Positions 46,286 through 59,859 of a stretch of 64,000 bases of DNA are shown here, piece by piece. The notes under the pieces are model-generated. The model ran no database searches. It saw nothing but the letters and a program-made list of their open reading frames with translations, and had not been told where the DNA came from. The stretch lies in the NCBI RefSeq assembly GCF_963921235.1, contig NC_086109.1, positions 3,040,001 through 3,104,000 of the forward strand, read 5' to 3'. Numbering within the stretch: the first letter of the stretch is position 1; every line of letters starts with the position of its first letter. Origin of the DNA: Mobula hypostoma. Its lineage: Eukaryota. The translations under genes were made by a program, and so were the position numbers.

Positions 46286-48360
46286 GAAGGCTGATTCTTG
46301 GAACAGATCCCTGTCATGATAACAAGATTATAATTCCATGTACTGATCTAGGCCTTAAGTTCATTCTCCTTCCAGTGTTGAAATAAACACATTTCAGTCC
46401 ATCAGTCCCAACATTAGGCTCTAACCCTAACTCAAACCCAACCATATCATTCCTGCAAAAGGGAGACCAACGCTGTACACAGTACAGTACTCCAAGTGCA
46501 GCCTCTCCAATAGCTTACAACTGCAACACAAGGACCCAACTCCTCTACTCAGTAACCTGACTGATGAAGGCCAACATGCTAAATTCCTTTTCCACCACCC
46601 TGTCTACCCACGGCACTGTTTTAAAGAACTGTGCACTTGTATGCCCCGTACCAACAGGTGAAAGGTTCAGTGTAGACAAAACCCAGGCAAATTCGCCATC
46701 TCTGGAACTGGTCCAGTGAACGTTCACTGCTCTGCTGCTTTCCAGCATATTCTTTAATGAGTAAAGAGAACAAAACTACAGGTGTTTTCTCACCACAACC
46801 CAATATAATTGCAGTGAGACATTCAAAACTCCCTGAACCCACTCTCTTGTTGTGCTAAAACATTTCTCTTCCTAATCAATTATCGTACCTACAAGTTGGC
46901 TTCAGGGATTTGTGTATTGTGACACCTAGATCCTTTTAAATATCCAAGTTTCCCAATATCAAACCATGAAGAAAGTAATGTTTTTTATCTAATTTTGTGC
47001 ACCAAAGTGATAAGCTCATTTTTCACACTTTATTCCATCTGCCTTGTTCTCACACGTCCACTCACCTTTCCATCCTCTTCTCAACTCCCAAACCCCCTGG
47101 CTTAATATTTGCTTCAAAGTTGTAAAGATGACATTTGGTCCTCACTGATATAGATCATGAGTAGCTCTGGCTCCAGCATATACCCCCAGGGGTAATTCAC
47201 TAGACGTAGGCAGCCAACCTAAGATTCATTTATTACCACTCTTTCTTTTCTGTTTGAAAACCAGTCCCCAGTCCATCAGTGCATTACTCCCAATATCAGG
47301 TGCTGTTATCCAGTGTCATGTGTGGGACCGTGTCAAAAATGTTCCAAAACAACATCCTCCAGTTTCCCCTTATTCTACTTGATGCTTCCTCAAAGAATTC
47401 TGAAAGATTAGTCAAACGTAATTTCCCTTGCTTAATCTACATTTTCTCTGTTTCAAGATGTGCAATTATTACAAACACAAGAGATTCTGCAGATGCTGGA
47501 AATCCAAAACAAAACACAAAATACTGGAGGAACTCAGCAGGCCAGGCAACATCCATGGAAAAGAGTACAGTCGACGTTTCAGGCTGAGATTGGTTAATTT
47601 CTGTTCAATTATTACACCTGCTTTAGATACCAGCACCATCTCCAATGCTGATCAACTCTTCTCCCTCTCCTTATTTCATTCAATACTGGACTCACAATTG
47701 ATGATCGTCAATTCACAAGAGCAATTCCAGAGACCACAGAACATTGAAAGATAAGCACAGCATCAGTTATCTTTATAGTCACCACTTTCAAAAGTCTGGG
47801 ATGTAGATCATCATGCCCTTGTGACTTATTAGCTTTCAAGGTTACCAACCTCCCGAGTACTATTTATGCTAATACTTCTGCTCTTCAGTGCCGTATATTA
47901 TTCTGAGTCTCTGATATTTCTCGTAGGATTTTTATATCCTTTCTGAGAAGATACAAAATAATTGTTTAATTTCTCTTCCTTTTCCTTATTCCCAACTATA
48001 AATTCTCTGTCTCTGGCCACAGTAAATGTTCAGGAGGGAACAGCATTGCTGAAAGCTGGAGGTTCAGTGAATGAATAAGAACTCTTGTTTCTCAGACCAG
48101 CGAGCTTAACATCAAAATACATCTATATTTGTCTGGTTGCGTTTTTACTAATGTGTCTGTATATGCAGGGACTGGGCCTATGAGCGGCTGTGTTGCCTAG
48201 CAGGCGTTGTGTGCTGGGGCCAGTCACCAGCCCATCTCGGTGGGCTGGGAGGTCTGGACCATATACATGCATGGTCTGAGTCATTTTGTGTCTATATATG
48301 AGAGATGGGCCCCAAAGCCTGGGCATCACCTAGCAGGCATCAGGGCATCAAGATGAGTTA

Positions 48361-49293
48361 GTCATAGTCATAGTCATACTTTATTGATCCCGGGGGAAAA
48401 TGGTTTTCGTTACAGTTGCACCATAAATTATTAAATAATAATAAAACCATAAATAGTTAAATAGTAATATGTAAATTATGCCAAGAAATAAGTCCAGGAC
48501 CAGCCTGTTGGCTCAGGGTGTCTGACCCTCCAAGGGAGGAGTTGTAAAGTTTGATGGCCATAGGCAGGAATGACTTCCTATGACGCTCTGTGTTGCATCT
48601 CGGTGGAATGAGTCTCTGGCTGAATGTACTCCTATGTCCACCTAGTACATTATGTAGTGGATGGGAGACATTGACCAAGATGGCATGCAACTTAGACAGC
48701 ATCCTCTTTTCAGACACCACCGTGAGAGAGTCCAGTTCCATCCCCACAACATCACTGGCCTTACGAATGAGTTTGTTGATTCTGTTGGTGTCTACTACCC
48801 TCAGCCTGCTGCCCCAGCACACAACAGCAAATATGATCACACTGGCCACCACAGACTCGTAGAACATCCTCAGCATCATCTGGCAGATGTTAAAGGACCT
48901 CAGACTCCTCAGGAAATAGAGACGGCTCTGACCCTTCTTGTAGACAGCCTCAGTGTTCTTTGACCAGTCCAGTTTATTGCCAATTCGTATCCCCAGGTAT
49001 TTGTAATCCTCCATCATGTCCGCACTGACCCCTGGATGGAAACAGGGGTCACCGGTACCTTAGCTCTCCTCAGGTCTACCACCAGCTCCTTAGTCTTTTT
49101 CACATTAAGCTGCAGATAATTCTGCTCACACCATGTGACAAAGTTTCCTACCGTAGCCCTGTACTCAGCCTCACCTCCCTTGCTGATGCATCCAACTATG
49201 GCAGAGTCATCAGAAAACTTCTGAAGATGACAAGACTTTGTGCAGTAATTGAAGTCCGAGGTGTAAATGATGAAGAGAAAGGGAGGCAAGACA
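48361..49293 (-). mobile_element. Rex1/Babar RT 3' fragment
   Basis: LQKFSDDSAIVG, YKYLG, KKGQSRLYFLRSL; (GTCATA)n tail. Confidence 0.9.
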
Positions 49294-49649
49294 TGATATC
49301 GGTGGGCTGGAGGGTTTGGACGATGCATATTCTGCATCATTGTACCTTGCTGATACTCTGTATTTCTATATGTGGTTGTTGACTTGTACGTGCGAGGACT
49401 GTGGGTCTCGAGCTGAGGGAGGGAGGGCATCGGGACTCTTTCAGTCCATGAATACGTTCTTGTGTGTGACTGTGGGTAAACGTGTTTTAGCACGTTGACC
49501 CAGTAGTAATGTTGTCTTGTTTGGCTGTTTCCATGAGTATTCATGTATCATTAAATGACAATTAAACTTGAATTGGAATTGGAAAAGGTGGGTTTTTAAC
49601 ATAATTTTTTGGGTTTTATTGGTAGCAACAGTCCTTCTGTAAATTCACG

Positions 49650-50820
49650 GATTCATAGAATCCTACTTCATGGACACAGGCCATTAGTCCATCCTGACCT
49701 TACCAAGCAAAGGGCATGCACTCACATTGATCTCATCTTGCAGCACCCATCCCCCACACTCCTGTGCCTTGGTGGCTCAAAACCTCGTCTATTTAACACT
49801 GTCAGTGGCTCTGCTTCATCACTCTCTCTGGCAGTGTTCCAGACACTCACTGCTCTTTGTGTGACAAAGGTCTCCCCTCTAAACCTCTCACTCCTTACAC
49901 TAACAATTTTTTCTAGTTTAATCCATCTTTAATATAGAGTATCAAATTGTACATGTGGGGAAAGCTTTCCTGCACTCATCCTATCTATATATTCCATCAT
50001 TTTATTTACCTCACTCATATCCCCTCTTGACTTCCTCAGCTCCATTGTCTCCTTATAAATGAACCGCTGATCCCCGAGAAACAGCCTGATGAATCTACTC
50101 TGCAGCACTACCACATCCTTATTGTACATGGTAACTGGGACTGCACACAGTAAGCGAGTCAGGGTCTGACCCATATGCCTTCTTAACCACATTATCCACA
50201 TGCATTTCCATCTTCAAAGACCTGACAGCTTGCAGGCCAGTGTCCTCTCTTCCTCAAAAGTCTGAGCACCACAACATTCCTTGTGTATGCCATTGCCTCA
50301 CACATGCTTCCAAAATGTACCACCTTACATTTATCTGGAGTAAACTCACTCTGATATTTCTTGGACTATTTCACCAACACATCAATATCACCCAGTAGTC
50401 TAAGATCACCCTCCACATTGTCAAAATCTCCACCAATCTTCATGTCAACTGCAAACTTACTGATCATGCCTCGCACATCCACATCCAAGTCATCCATATA
50501 CTGTATATTACAAATACCAAATGTCCCACCACTAACCATTGTGGAACACCACTATTCACAGGCATCCAATTACAAAGCTGTGGGCAGGCTAACCAGCCCA
50601 TGATTTGCCCCCCTCCCTTCTTAAATAACAGTGTCACATTTACAATTTTCCAGTCCTCTGGGACCTTCCCTGACTGCAATGATCCTGTCAATATTGCCAA
50701 GGCAATTTAGAAACAAATTCGCTTAATTGCTCCTGTCGTCCCTAATAGCTCAACGCTTTCCCTTTTCTGTCATAAAAATATCTATAAAACACCTTTGGAT
50801 TTACCATAATCCTGTCTGCC
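49650..50820 (-). mobile_element. Degraded CR1 fragments
   Basis: GKVPEDWKIVNVTLLFKKGG, NSGVPQ. Confidence 0.7.
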
Positions 50821-52344
50821 ATGGACTGATGTTTCTGCTAGAATTGAAGGACTCAGTAATGGGCAGAACTTACACAATCAGGATTGAGGTCGTCTTTCAG
50901 TAGTTTCCTTCTTTACGTCTTTTTTTTCTTTTCAAGGTAGGTGGGATTCTGTCGGGGTCCATGATTTACAGCTACAGCTCAAACTACGTTTCTCCACAAG
51001 AAGTGGTTTTCGCACTGGCAGTGCAGCTTGACGTTTTGATATCTCTAGTTGCGGCCTGGAAGATGTGTCTTCAGGGAGCAGCCCCATAGGCAACACAGTT
51101 CCTCGCCGATTTTACTGACAGAAATGTTGTGGGAGACCGAAACATCGAGACAGAAAACGGTGTGCGCTGCTGTCGGAAGAAGGCCCCTGAACTCGAGCGA
51201 TCCCTCTCTCTTTCTCTTGATGGAGAGTGTGAACCCGTCAGTCCCCGAGTCATGGGGCTTGGAGAAGTGACGCCGAAGATTGTAGCGTCAGAACAGCGAG
51301 CTACTGCTCTCCGGATCTTGTTGTTGCTGGAGTGATCTGTCTCCCCCTCGCTGGTGAAAGAGAGCCTGTCTGAGATACTGAAGTCCTGGGTTTTTGATGG
51401 ATTCTAGTCTCTTTGGTGGCTTTTGCCATTGCTTGCATGGTGATGGGGGTTGTGTTTCTGCTGGTGCAAGTGGGGGGGGGAGGAGGGGAAGGGTCGATGC
51501 TTCTGCTACAGGTTGTGTGTAGGAGAGGTTGCTCTGGAGTGTGGCATCAATATCATTCATTCTTTGGGGTTTCTTGTTTTGTGGATGTCTGTGAAGAGTA
51601 AGAATTTCAGGGTGTATACCATATACATTCTTTGATATTAAATGGAACCATTTGAATAAATTGGTATCAATTCGTCTGGATTTCTTTTAATTGTGTGCTG
51701 TAATGGACTTCAGCAAACAGCTCAGACCAAATGTTTTCTAAATATATATATATGCAACTTGTGATGTGTTGTGCTAAAAAGAGAATATCTTAAAACAAGT
51801 TTACACTGGGGAGTGAATTTTATTATTAAGAAAATGTTGTCCTGTAGCTCCTTTTTTGCCACATTTGGAAGATATAGATAGAATTCATCTCGTTCAGTAG
51901 TTCTGGTTGTGTTGCATAATGAGGCAGGCTTGAGCGGAGAGATTAAGGTGAAGGAATCCTTAGGAGGCTGTGGCATCCTGCAGTTTGAGAGAGAGAAGCT
52001 GAAATCTCATGTAATGACATTACAGTTGAGTAAAGGTAATTATCGAGTCATGAAGGAGGAGCTGGCTAGAGAGGATTGGAAGAAGACCCTGGCAGAGAAG
52101 ATGATGGAGCAGTAACGGCAGGAGTTTCTGGGAGTAATTCAGCAGATGCAGCAGAATTTCATCCCAAGGAAGCATTACACTAATGGGAGGACAAGGAAAC
52201 CATGGCTGAAAAGGGAAATTGGACAGCATTAAAGACAAACAATATCGCAAAATTAATGGAAGGCCAGAGGACTGGGAAGCCTTTAAAAACCAACAGAGGG
52301 CAACTGAAAAGCTAAAAGGGAGGAGAGTGTGAAATGTGAAGGTA

Positions 52345-52910
52345 AAGATTCAAAGATTCAAAAAACTTTATTGTCATTCTAACCGTACATCAGCTCTGCA
52401 GGGCAGAATGAGACAGTGTTTCCCAGGAGCAGTGCAATCATAACATAACAAACGCAACACTAAATAATAAATATAACAATAAATCGTAAAACACAACAGC
52501 CACATGTCAGTTAAAATCAAGTTATAAGTGTCCAGTGCAAGTTAAAAGTGTCCAAAGCAGAGTCAGGTAGAGCAGCTATTTAGCAGTCTGACTGCCTGTG
52601 GGAGGAAGCTGTTTAGTAGCCTTGTGGTTTTAGTTTTGATGCTCCTGTAACATTTGCCTGATGGCAGAAGAACAAACAGTTCATGGAGAGGGTGTGAAGG
52701 GTCTTTAATGATGTACCGTGTCTTCTGGAGGCATCGACTCTGAAAGAGGTCTTGGACAGAAGGTAGGGAGACCCCAATAACCTTCTCTGCTCCCCTAACC
52801 ACCCTCTGCAAGGCTTTTTTGTCGACAGCACTGCAGCTGGAGTACCAGGTTGTGATGCAAAAGGTCAGCACACTCTCAACCACGCCTTTGTAGAATGTAG
52901 TTAAGATGCT
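52345..52910 (-). mobile_element. Rex1-type 3' fragment nested in CR1
   Basis: VESVLTFCITTWY...RLLNSFLPQAVRLLN. Confidence 0.85.
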
Positions 52911-54330
52911 ATATTACAAAAGAAAATTTCTAAAGTGTTTTTAGATACGAAAAAGGTAAGCGAGAGGCAAGAGTGGCCATTGGACTACTGGAAAATGATG
53001 CTGTAGTAGTAGTAACAGGGAATAGGAAAATGGGGGAGCCACGCAAGTAGTTTGTGTCAGTCATCAGAGCGAGAGACCAGTAACATGCCAGAAATTTTAG
53101 AGAATTGGGGGGCATAGGTGAGTGTGGTGTTCATTACCAATAAGGTGGTACTGGAAAGCTTAAAGGTATGTAGTTGGAGAAATCATCTGGACAGGATGGT
53201 TCAGAAAGATCACTGAAAAGATTGTGGGGACATCAGCAGTGGTCCTTCAAGAATTCACTGGAGTCAGGGAGGTTCTCAGAGGAATGTAAAATTGCAAATG
53301 TGACACACTGTTTAGGAAAGGAAGTATATCATAGGCTAGTTAGTCTCACCTTGGTGGCTAGTAAGATTTTAGTCCATTATTAAAGACAAGCAGGATAGAC
53401 AAAGGAGAGTTGGTGGGTGGTTATTTACTTGGATTTCCAGAAGACTTTGATAAAGCGCCACACCAGGCTGCTAAACAAGATAAAGTCCATGGTGTTAGAG
53501 GCAAGGTACTAGCATGGATAGAAATTTGGCTGACTGCCAGAGGTCAGAGAGTGCCGATAAAGGGGGTCTTTTCAGGATGGTCTGGAGGATAGTGGAGTTC
53601 TGCAGAGGTCGGTGCTGGGACCACAAATTTTCATTTTAAGAATTAATACTCTGGAAAAGTAATGATAACATTGTGGCCATGTTTGCAGATAATACAAAGG
53701 TGTTTGGAGGAACAGTTAGTGTCACCAAGGCAGGGAGCATCCAGAAGGACTTGGACACGTTGGGAGAATGGACAAAGAAGTGGCAGATGGAGTACAGTGC
53801 AGGGAAGTGAGCAGTTATGCTCATTGGTAGGAAGGATAAAGATGAAGACTATTTTCTAAAGGGGGGGAGAATTCTGAAATTGGAGGTGCAAGGGTACTTA
53901 GGAGTCATTGTGAAATATTTTCTAAGGGTTAACTTTCAGGCTGAGTCTGTGGCAAGGAAGGCAAATGCAATGTTAGCATTCATTTCGAGAGGACTAGAAT
54001 ATAAGGTCAGGGTGTAATGCTGAGACTTTATAAGTCCTGGGTAGAGTTGATGTGGGGAAGGTGTTCCCATCAGCAGGAGTGTCTAAGAAGTGAGAACACA
54101 GCCTCAGAATAGAGGCATTCCTTAGAAATGATATGAGGAGGAATTTCTTCAGTGAGAAGATGGTGAAACGGTGGAAATTTAACATTGATAGGCAATTTAA
54201 ATGTTGGGCCAGATGGATTGAGAAGGCTGGGTGTCAGGACCAGAGTCAAGGGTCAGGCCGGTTCTGCTCACTGTCCGCAACGTTTGCTCTGCTCTTCGCT
54301 GCACTGAAGCTCAGGCTGTGAACCTGCTCC

Positions 54331-54728
54331 GGGCCTCGTGTCTGCGAGCTCCACAATGATTAGCCCGGCTGTGTGATGAACTGAAGCTGGGGCTGTGGCC
54401 TGCTCTGGGTGCTCATGGGCCTCGTGTCTGCGAGCTCCACAATGATTAGCCCGGCTGTGTGATGAACTGAAGCTGGGGCTGTGGCCTGCTCTGGGTGCTC
54501 ATGGGCCTCGTGTCTGCGAGCTCCACAATGATTAGCCCGGCTGTGTGATGAACTGAAGCTGGGGCTGTGGCCTGCTCTGGGTGCTCATGGGCCTCGTGTC
54601 TGCGAGCTCCACAATGATTAGCCCGGCTGTGTGATGAACTGAAGCTGGGGCTGTGGCCTGCTCTGGGTGCTCATGGGCCTCGTGTCTGCGAGCTCCACAA
54701 TGATTAGCCCGGCTGTGTGATGAACTGA
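54331..54728. repeat. 86-bp tandem repeat, 4.6 identical copies, inside a family D element (54185-54980)
   Basis: Units start at 54331, 54417, 54503, 54589, 54675. Confidence 0.95.
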
Positions 54729-56507
54729 GCCTGTGGCTGTGAACCTGCTCCGGGCTTCATGTCTATGGACTCACTTTCATTCTGACTGCAGTTTGCTTGC
54801 CCTTATTGTTTGCGTGATTGGTGTTTTTTCCCTCTGTCAGCGCATTGGGTATTCATTGGCCTTCTTTTTATAATGGGTTCTTTTGGGCTTCATGTTTTTT
54901 GGCTGCCTGTAAGGAGATGAATCTCAAGGTTGTATCATGTATACATACTTCGATAATAAGTATCCTTTGACCTTTGAATTCATTGCCACAGAGGATTGTG
55001 GTGGCCACCGGGGTAATTAAGGAAGAGATTGATAGGTTCTTGTTTGGTAAAGGGACTAAGGGTTATGGGGAAAAAAGACAGAATGATGGAGTTGAAAAAA
55101 TTCAGCCATGGTTGAATGGAAAACAGACTTAATGGGCTAAAAGGCCTAACTTTCCTCTTTTATCTCATGGTCTTAGGGACTTATTGGCAGTACACTGTAT
55201 TCATGCCTGATATTGTTCTGGAGTAGAACTCACTGCCATGGCCTCCACCCACACTGACCAGGATAAATTTCTAAATCACATTAACTTAAGCAGAACATAG
55301 CTCAATTAATTGCACCAATCCATATATTAGGAGGATATGACAAACTGATATTGTATGTCCTGAAGATGGAGCAGAAGAGAAAGGTTTCTGAGGTTTTGGT
55401 GATCTAATTTAGATTGTGTGATTTTTTTTTACCTGATGATGGTCTTCACACTGCCATTTTATCAATAGCTGTCTACCATATTGCCTGTGTACAGCTGCAC
55501 TGATGAGCCATCTGGTGTCTGTCCAGGAGCAGGAACCTTACACACCACATTGTGCCAAACTTGTCTTCAGTAATTAATCTGATTTAAAAGGCAGGAAATG
55601 ATCATTCACAGGAAAATCTCTGTACCCGTGGAAAATACCTGGCTCAGGTTTTTGAGTTAAACTGGGGAAGCAGCACTGTTCCAGTCCCCAGACTGTTAGG
55701 AAATAATTAGCCAGATCCTTACTCCTGACTGTATCACTGGAGTAGAGGAACAACAGGAACAGATGCTCAAAGAGCTGGTCATACTGTTGCGTGCAGCGTT
55801 ACAAGGATAACCCCTTAGTAATAATGATCAGTAGGTACAGAGAGAATCTGTATTTACTGACAAGTCATAAACACAAGATAATCTGCAAATACTGGAAATC
55901 CAAAGTAACACACACAAAATGCTAGAGGAATTCAGGATTTTGATGAAGGGGCTCGGCCTGAAAAGTCAACTGCTTATTCATTTCCATATAGGTTGCCTGA
56001 CTTGCTGAGTTCTAGCATTCTTTACTAACAAGTACCTTTATTGTCTCAACTGAAAAGCACACGAACTTGCACAACCAAATACATGTGTACGCATCTCCTA
56101 AATCTCCCTGACCCCCATGAACAGTCAAAGAATAGAAAAGGTAATACTTTGAAAAGGAGTGCAAACTGGGCAAGTGGTCCTCATGATTCTGATCAAATCC
56201 CTACCTGCCCAACATGGGGTCCTACATAACCGCAATGGTTGGTTTCCAGAGAGTTATCACCTTTCTGCATTTGAAGATGTTTATTTTTATACTCTTTCCT
56301 CACCAGCTCAAATCTTGTGTTTCAATCTCATTGGCTCGAGGTCACCTGACCAACCTGGTGTCACCTTCTTATTTGCTCCAGTCCAAGCCAGTGTTGTTCT
56401 ATAGCCTTTACCCCCAGCACCATTCCTTTTATTCTTTTCAACTCTTGACTAGTTCAGACCAGTCAAACCAGGTGACCCAAATACTGAGCCTTACAAATTC
56501 TCAGATG

Positions 56508-56728
56508 ACACACATAAAAGTTGCTGGTGAACGCAGCAGGCCAGGCAGCATCTCTAGGAAGAGGTGCAGTCGATGTTTCAGGCCGAGACCCTGACAAAGG
56601 GTCTCGGCCTGAAACGTTGACTGCACCTCTTCCTAGAGATGCTGCCTGGCCTGCTGCGTTCACCAGCAACTTTTATGTGTGTTGCTTGAATTTCCAGCAT
56701 CTGCAGAATTCCTGTTGTTTGCGTTTTT
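56508..56728 (+). mobile_element. Penelope-like fold-back mini-element
   Basis: 85-bp inverted arms 56508-56592/56598-56682; 13-bp TSD AAATTCTCAGATG. Confidence 0.9.
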
Positions 56729-57264
56729 AAATTCTCAGATGGCTCCTTCTGCAAACTATCCACTTTAGTTAATAAATAGCTACTTCTCTGAGAATGGTCT
56801 CAGGTTTAGCAGGTCATTAGCTGAAACTCCTTGCATCCACATTCATTTATTGTGACTAAGTTATCCCAGAGCAAGAAATCAGTTCAAACAGTTCCCAAAA
56901 TGGCGACTGCAAGGACAGTCTCACAAAATGGCCGCCTCCATTCCTGATTACTGATTGTCATTCTTTCTGACCAACAGAAGTGCGTCAGCCTCAGAAGCAT
57001 AGTGTGCCACCAACTCCCCATATGCTCATGCAAGAATGCTTTATTCTCTCTATTTTCTATATGGATCTCCAATTAAGGTACAATATCGCCGATAAGTATA
57101 GACTCTTAGTGTATTGGCACCTGTCTTCCCATTATGCCAGCTTGGGGTTAAGGCAGTGTTTGACTTTCCTTTTGGTCTTTCTAACTGGGATTTTTGGTTT
57201 GTCATGTTAGCCTCCTTCCATGGATGGGAAATTCACAGTTTGGGTGTTAGACAGAGAGGGAAGG

Positions 57265-58347
57265 TGTCATGGTCCGGTCCGTGAAGTCCGCATTCCGGTT
57301 CACAGTCTGGTCCATCGATCCTTGCTCCAGGTTTTCCTGTCTACCCTGTTTCTGTTCCTGTTGAGCACTAATTGAGGCAGCTGATTCTCATTGGGGCTGG
57401 CTGCATAAATATCTCCAGAGACCAGGGCGTGCCTGCTGGATTGTTCTTGTCCTTACTCCTCGTATCCCTTCCTCTGCCTTGTTTCCTGGCCTGAAGCCTT
57501 GCCTTGTCTTGCCGGTAACTCTCGCCTCACCTGAAGTTCTTGCCTCGCCTTGCATTACCTGAAGCCTTGCCTTGTCTTGCTGGTGACTCTCACCTGATCT
57601 CGCCTGAAGTCTTGTCCTGGAGCCACCCTGTACCTAGCTCCTTTCCTGTCCTTTGCCTCCGTCGGGTAAGCCTGGCCCTCTTGCCGTTACCCTGCGGTTG
57701 GTTCTGTCCCTTCCTGTCCCTTGCCTCCGTCGGGTAAGTCAGGCCCTCTTGCCGTTACCCTGCGGTTGGTTCTGTCCCTTCCTGTCCCTTGCCTCCGTCG
57801 GGTAAGCCAGGCCCTCTTGCCGTTACCCTGCGGTTGGTTCTGTCCCTTCCTGTCCCTTGCCTCTGTTAGGTAAGCCAGTCCATCTTGCTGTTACCCTACA
57901 GTTGGTTCTGTCCCTTCCTGTCCCTTGCCTCCGTCAGGTGGAGATCTGCGCCCTGCCCAGGTGATCCGGGCCCTACCCAGGAGGAGCTTCAAGACCCCAA
58001 GCCTCCAGCCTCGCCTCGACTCTCTGGTCCCCAGCCTCGCCTCGGGTCTCTAGCCTCGCCTCAAGTCTCAAGCCTGAAGACTCCAGCCTCATCCTGCCTG
58101 CCAGCCACGTCACATCCTTACCTAGTTCTGGGGTCCAAGCCAGAGGCAAGACCCAGGTTCTGGCTCCTTGTCCAGTCTCTGGCTCGGAGTCCAATCCCTG
58201 GCTCCTAGCTCTCTTGTCCAGTCCTGTTCCGGGTTCCCGGTTTTTGTGTCCATGTCCTAGCCCTCACCCTGCATCCTAGTCCTGTCCCTAGTACTTCAGT
58301 GTCTGTGTCTTGCACTTGGGTACGTTCCCAGCCACCTCCGTATGACA
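57265..58347 (+). mobile_element. Solo LTR (1083 bp), Gypsy-like
   Basis: TGTCAT...ATGACA termini, 5-bp TSD GAAGG, TATA-like CATAAATA near 57404. Confidence 0.85.
57645..57937. repeat. 68-bp tandem repeat, about 4.3 copies, inside the LTR
   Basis: Units start at 57645, 57713, 57781, 57849, 57917. Confidence 0.9.
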
Positions 58348-58911
58348 GAAGGAGGTGGGAGGAGAACTAGTGTGGTTACCCAGAAAAACAAATAGTGGGT
58401 TATCTGAAGTTCCTGTGAGAGTCTAGCAACAATTTCATGCCTGTTTTCTGAAAAGAGTTCTCAGAACCTCACAGAGAAAAGATCTCATAAATAGGAGATA
58501 TTACAAACTGATATTGCATTCATGTCTGGTGAAATCCCGTTGTGTGGTCAAACTGCGTTGCTTGAATGATTCACCAACCACTTGGGTGATTCATTTAAAG
58601 ATGGAGTATTATAGGATTGGCCAATATTTATACATGGGTCCTTGGGCCATTGATTTGCAGTGTTAGACTCCTTGATGATGATTTTGGTATCTTGTATGGA
58701 ATAGTGGCTCACTGAGACCGTGCGGAGTATGTAAAGTCAGTGCAAAATCCTGTACCAAGAGACCAGACACATTGACAGTAGGTGAAGGGATATCTTTCAC
58801 TCTTTCCCCTGTTGCTTGTTCACTTGCTTCCTGAGGATATAGGCAGGCAGGCAATGGTGTTTTCTGGTTTAAGGTGGCACTGGCAAACAAAACTATAAAT
58901 TACTGTATTAA

Positions 58912-59040
58912 ACAACAGGAATTCTGCAGATGCTGGAAATTCAAGCAACATACATCAAAGTTGCTGGTGAACGCAGCAGGCCAAGCAGCATCTATAGGAA
59001 GAGGCGCAGTCGACGTTTCAGGCCGAGACCCTTCGTCAGG
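58912..59040 (-). mobile_element. Penelope-like pLTR mini-element with intact hammerhead core
   Basis: 14-bp TSD AATTACTGTATTAA (58898-58911/59041-59054). Confidence 0.85.
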
Positions 59041-59139
59041 AATTACTGTATTAATCACACTTTTTCTCAGATACGATCACTGCACTCAATAGCCTGTAAC
59101 TTCCCTTTCGGAAGTGAGCTTTTGAACCACCTGTACGAC

Positions 59140-59750
59140 CTGGCATTCCTGCGGTGTGGTGTGAAGTCTCGAAGCTGCGGGACAGTTGCAACATGGCGGT
59201 ACCGACCAAATCGAGGCAGTGGGGTCTGTGGGAGTGGGAAATGAGCCAATGTTTGTCATTGCTGGAGTGGACTCGGAGGTGATTTCATGCAGCAGGGCCG
59301 AGGAGGCAAAGTCAAAGTGGCAGGGCCCAGGGCCACCTCCAAAAAATGAGGAGTGACCAAGTTTGTTATGAAACACCAGACCAGATTGGAAAGGTTAGGG
59401 TGTCAGGGCCGGAGGCGAGGGATGGGCTGGTGTTCAGCTCACTGCTCCATGAGGTTCATTCTGTGCTGAGCCAAAGTTGTGGGCTGCAGCTATCAGGCTC
59501 CTGGATCAGCTGTAGTGATGACTGACTTCCTGGCTGTGGACTCACTTTCAGGATCTTCAGTTCTCAATATTATTTGCTTATTTTTATCGTTTGCACAATT
59601 TGTTCTTTTTTTCTGCACATTGGGTGTTTGATGGCCTTTTATTTAATTTGGTTCTATTGGATTTCTTTGTTTCGTGGCTGTCTGTAAGGAGCTGGATCTC
59701 AAGGTTGTATATAGTACACATAGTTTGATAATAAATGTAATTTGAAATTT
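59140..59750 (+). mobile_element. Family D element
   Basis: Homologous to 32620-33525; shared tail. Confidence 0.6.
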
Positions 59751-59859
59751 GACTACACCAGTTCTTCATCCATCTTGGTGTGGAGCCAACTAATAGACTG
59801 ACACATGATCTAATGCCACACCATGAGTATTCCTGTTTCTCTTACTCTCCTCCCCAAAT

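Larger units (their letters stand above)
51930..55175 (+). mobile_element. Long degraded CR1 ORF2 with nested insertions
   Basis: KGNYRVMKEELAREDW, IANVT, KANAMLAFISRGLEYK; 3' UTR at 54980-55175. Confidence 0.8.

Noticed and set aside
55433..55578. Minus-strand exon bounded by TTTTAAATCAG and CAG/GTAAAA
   Set aside because: Stops in all three frames and no recognisable product
4725..58352. Similar TSDs (AAGG and GAAGG) for two LTRs as a target preference
   Set aside because: Different families and TSD lengths; two cases are compatible with chance
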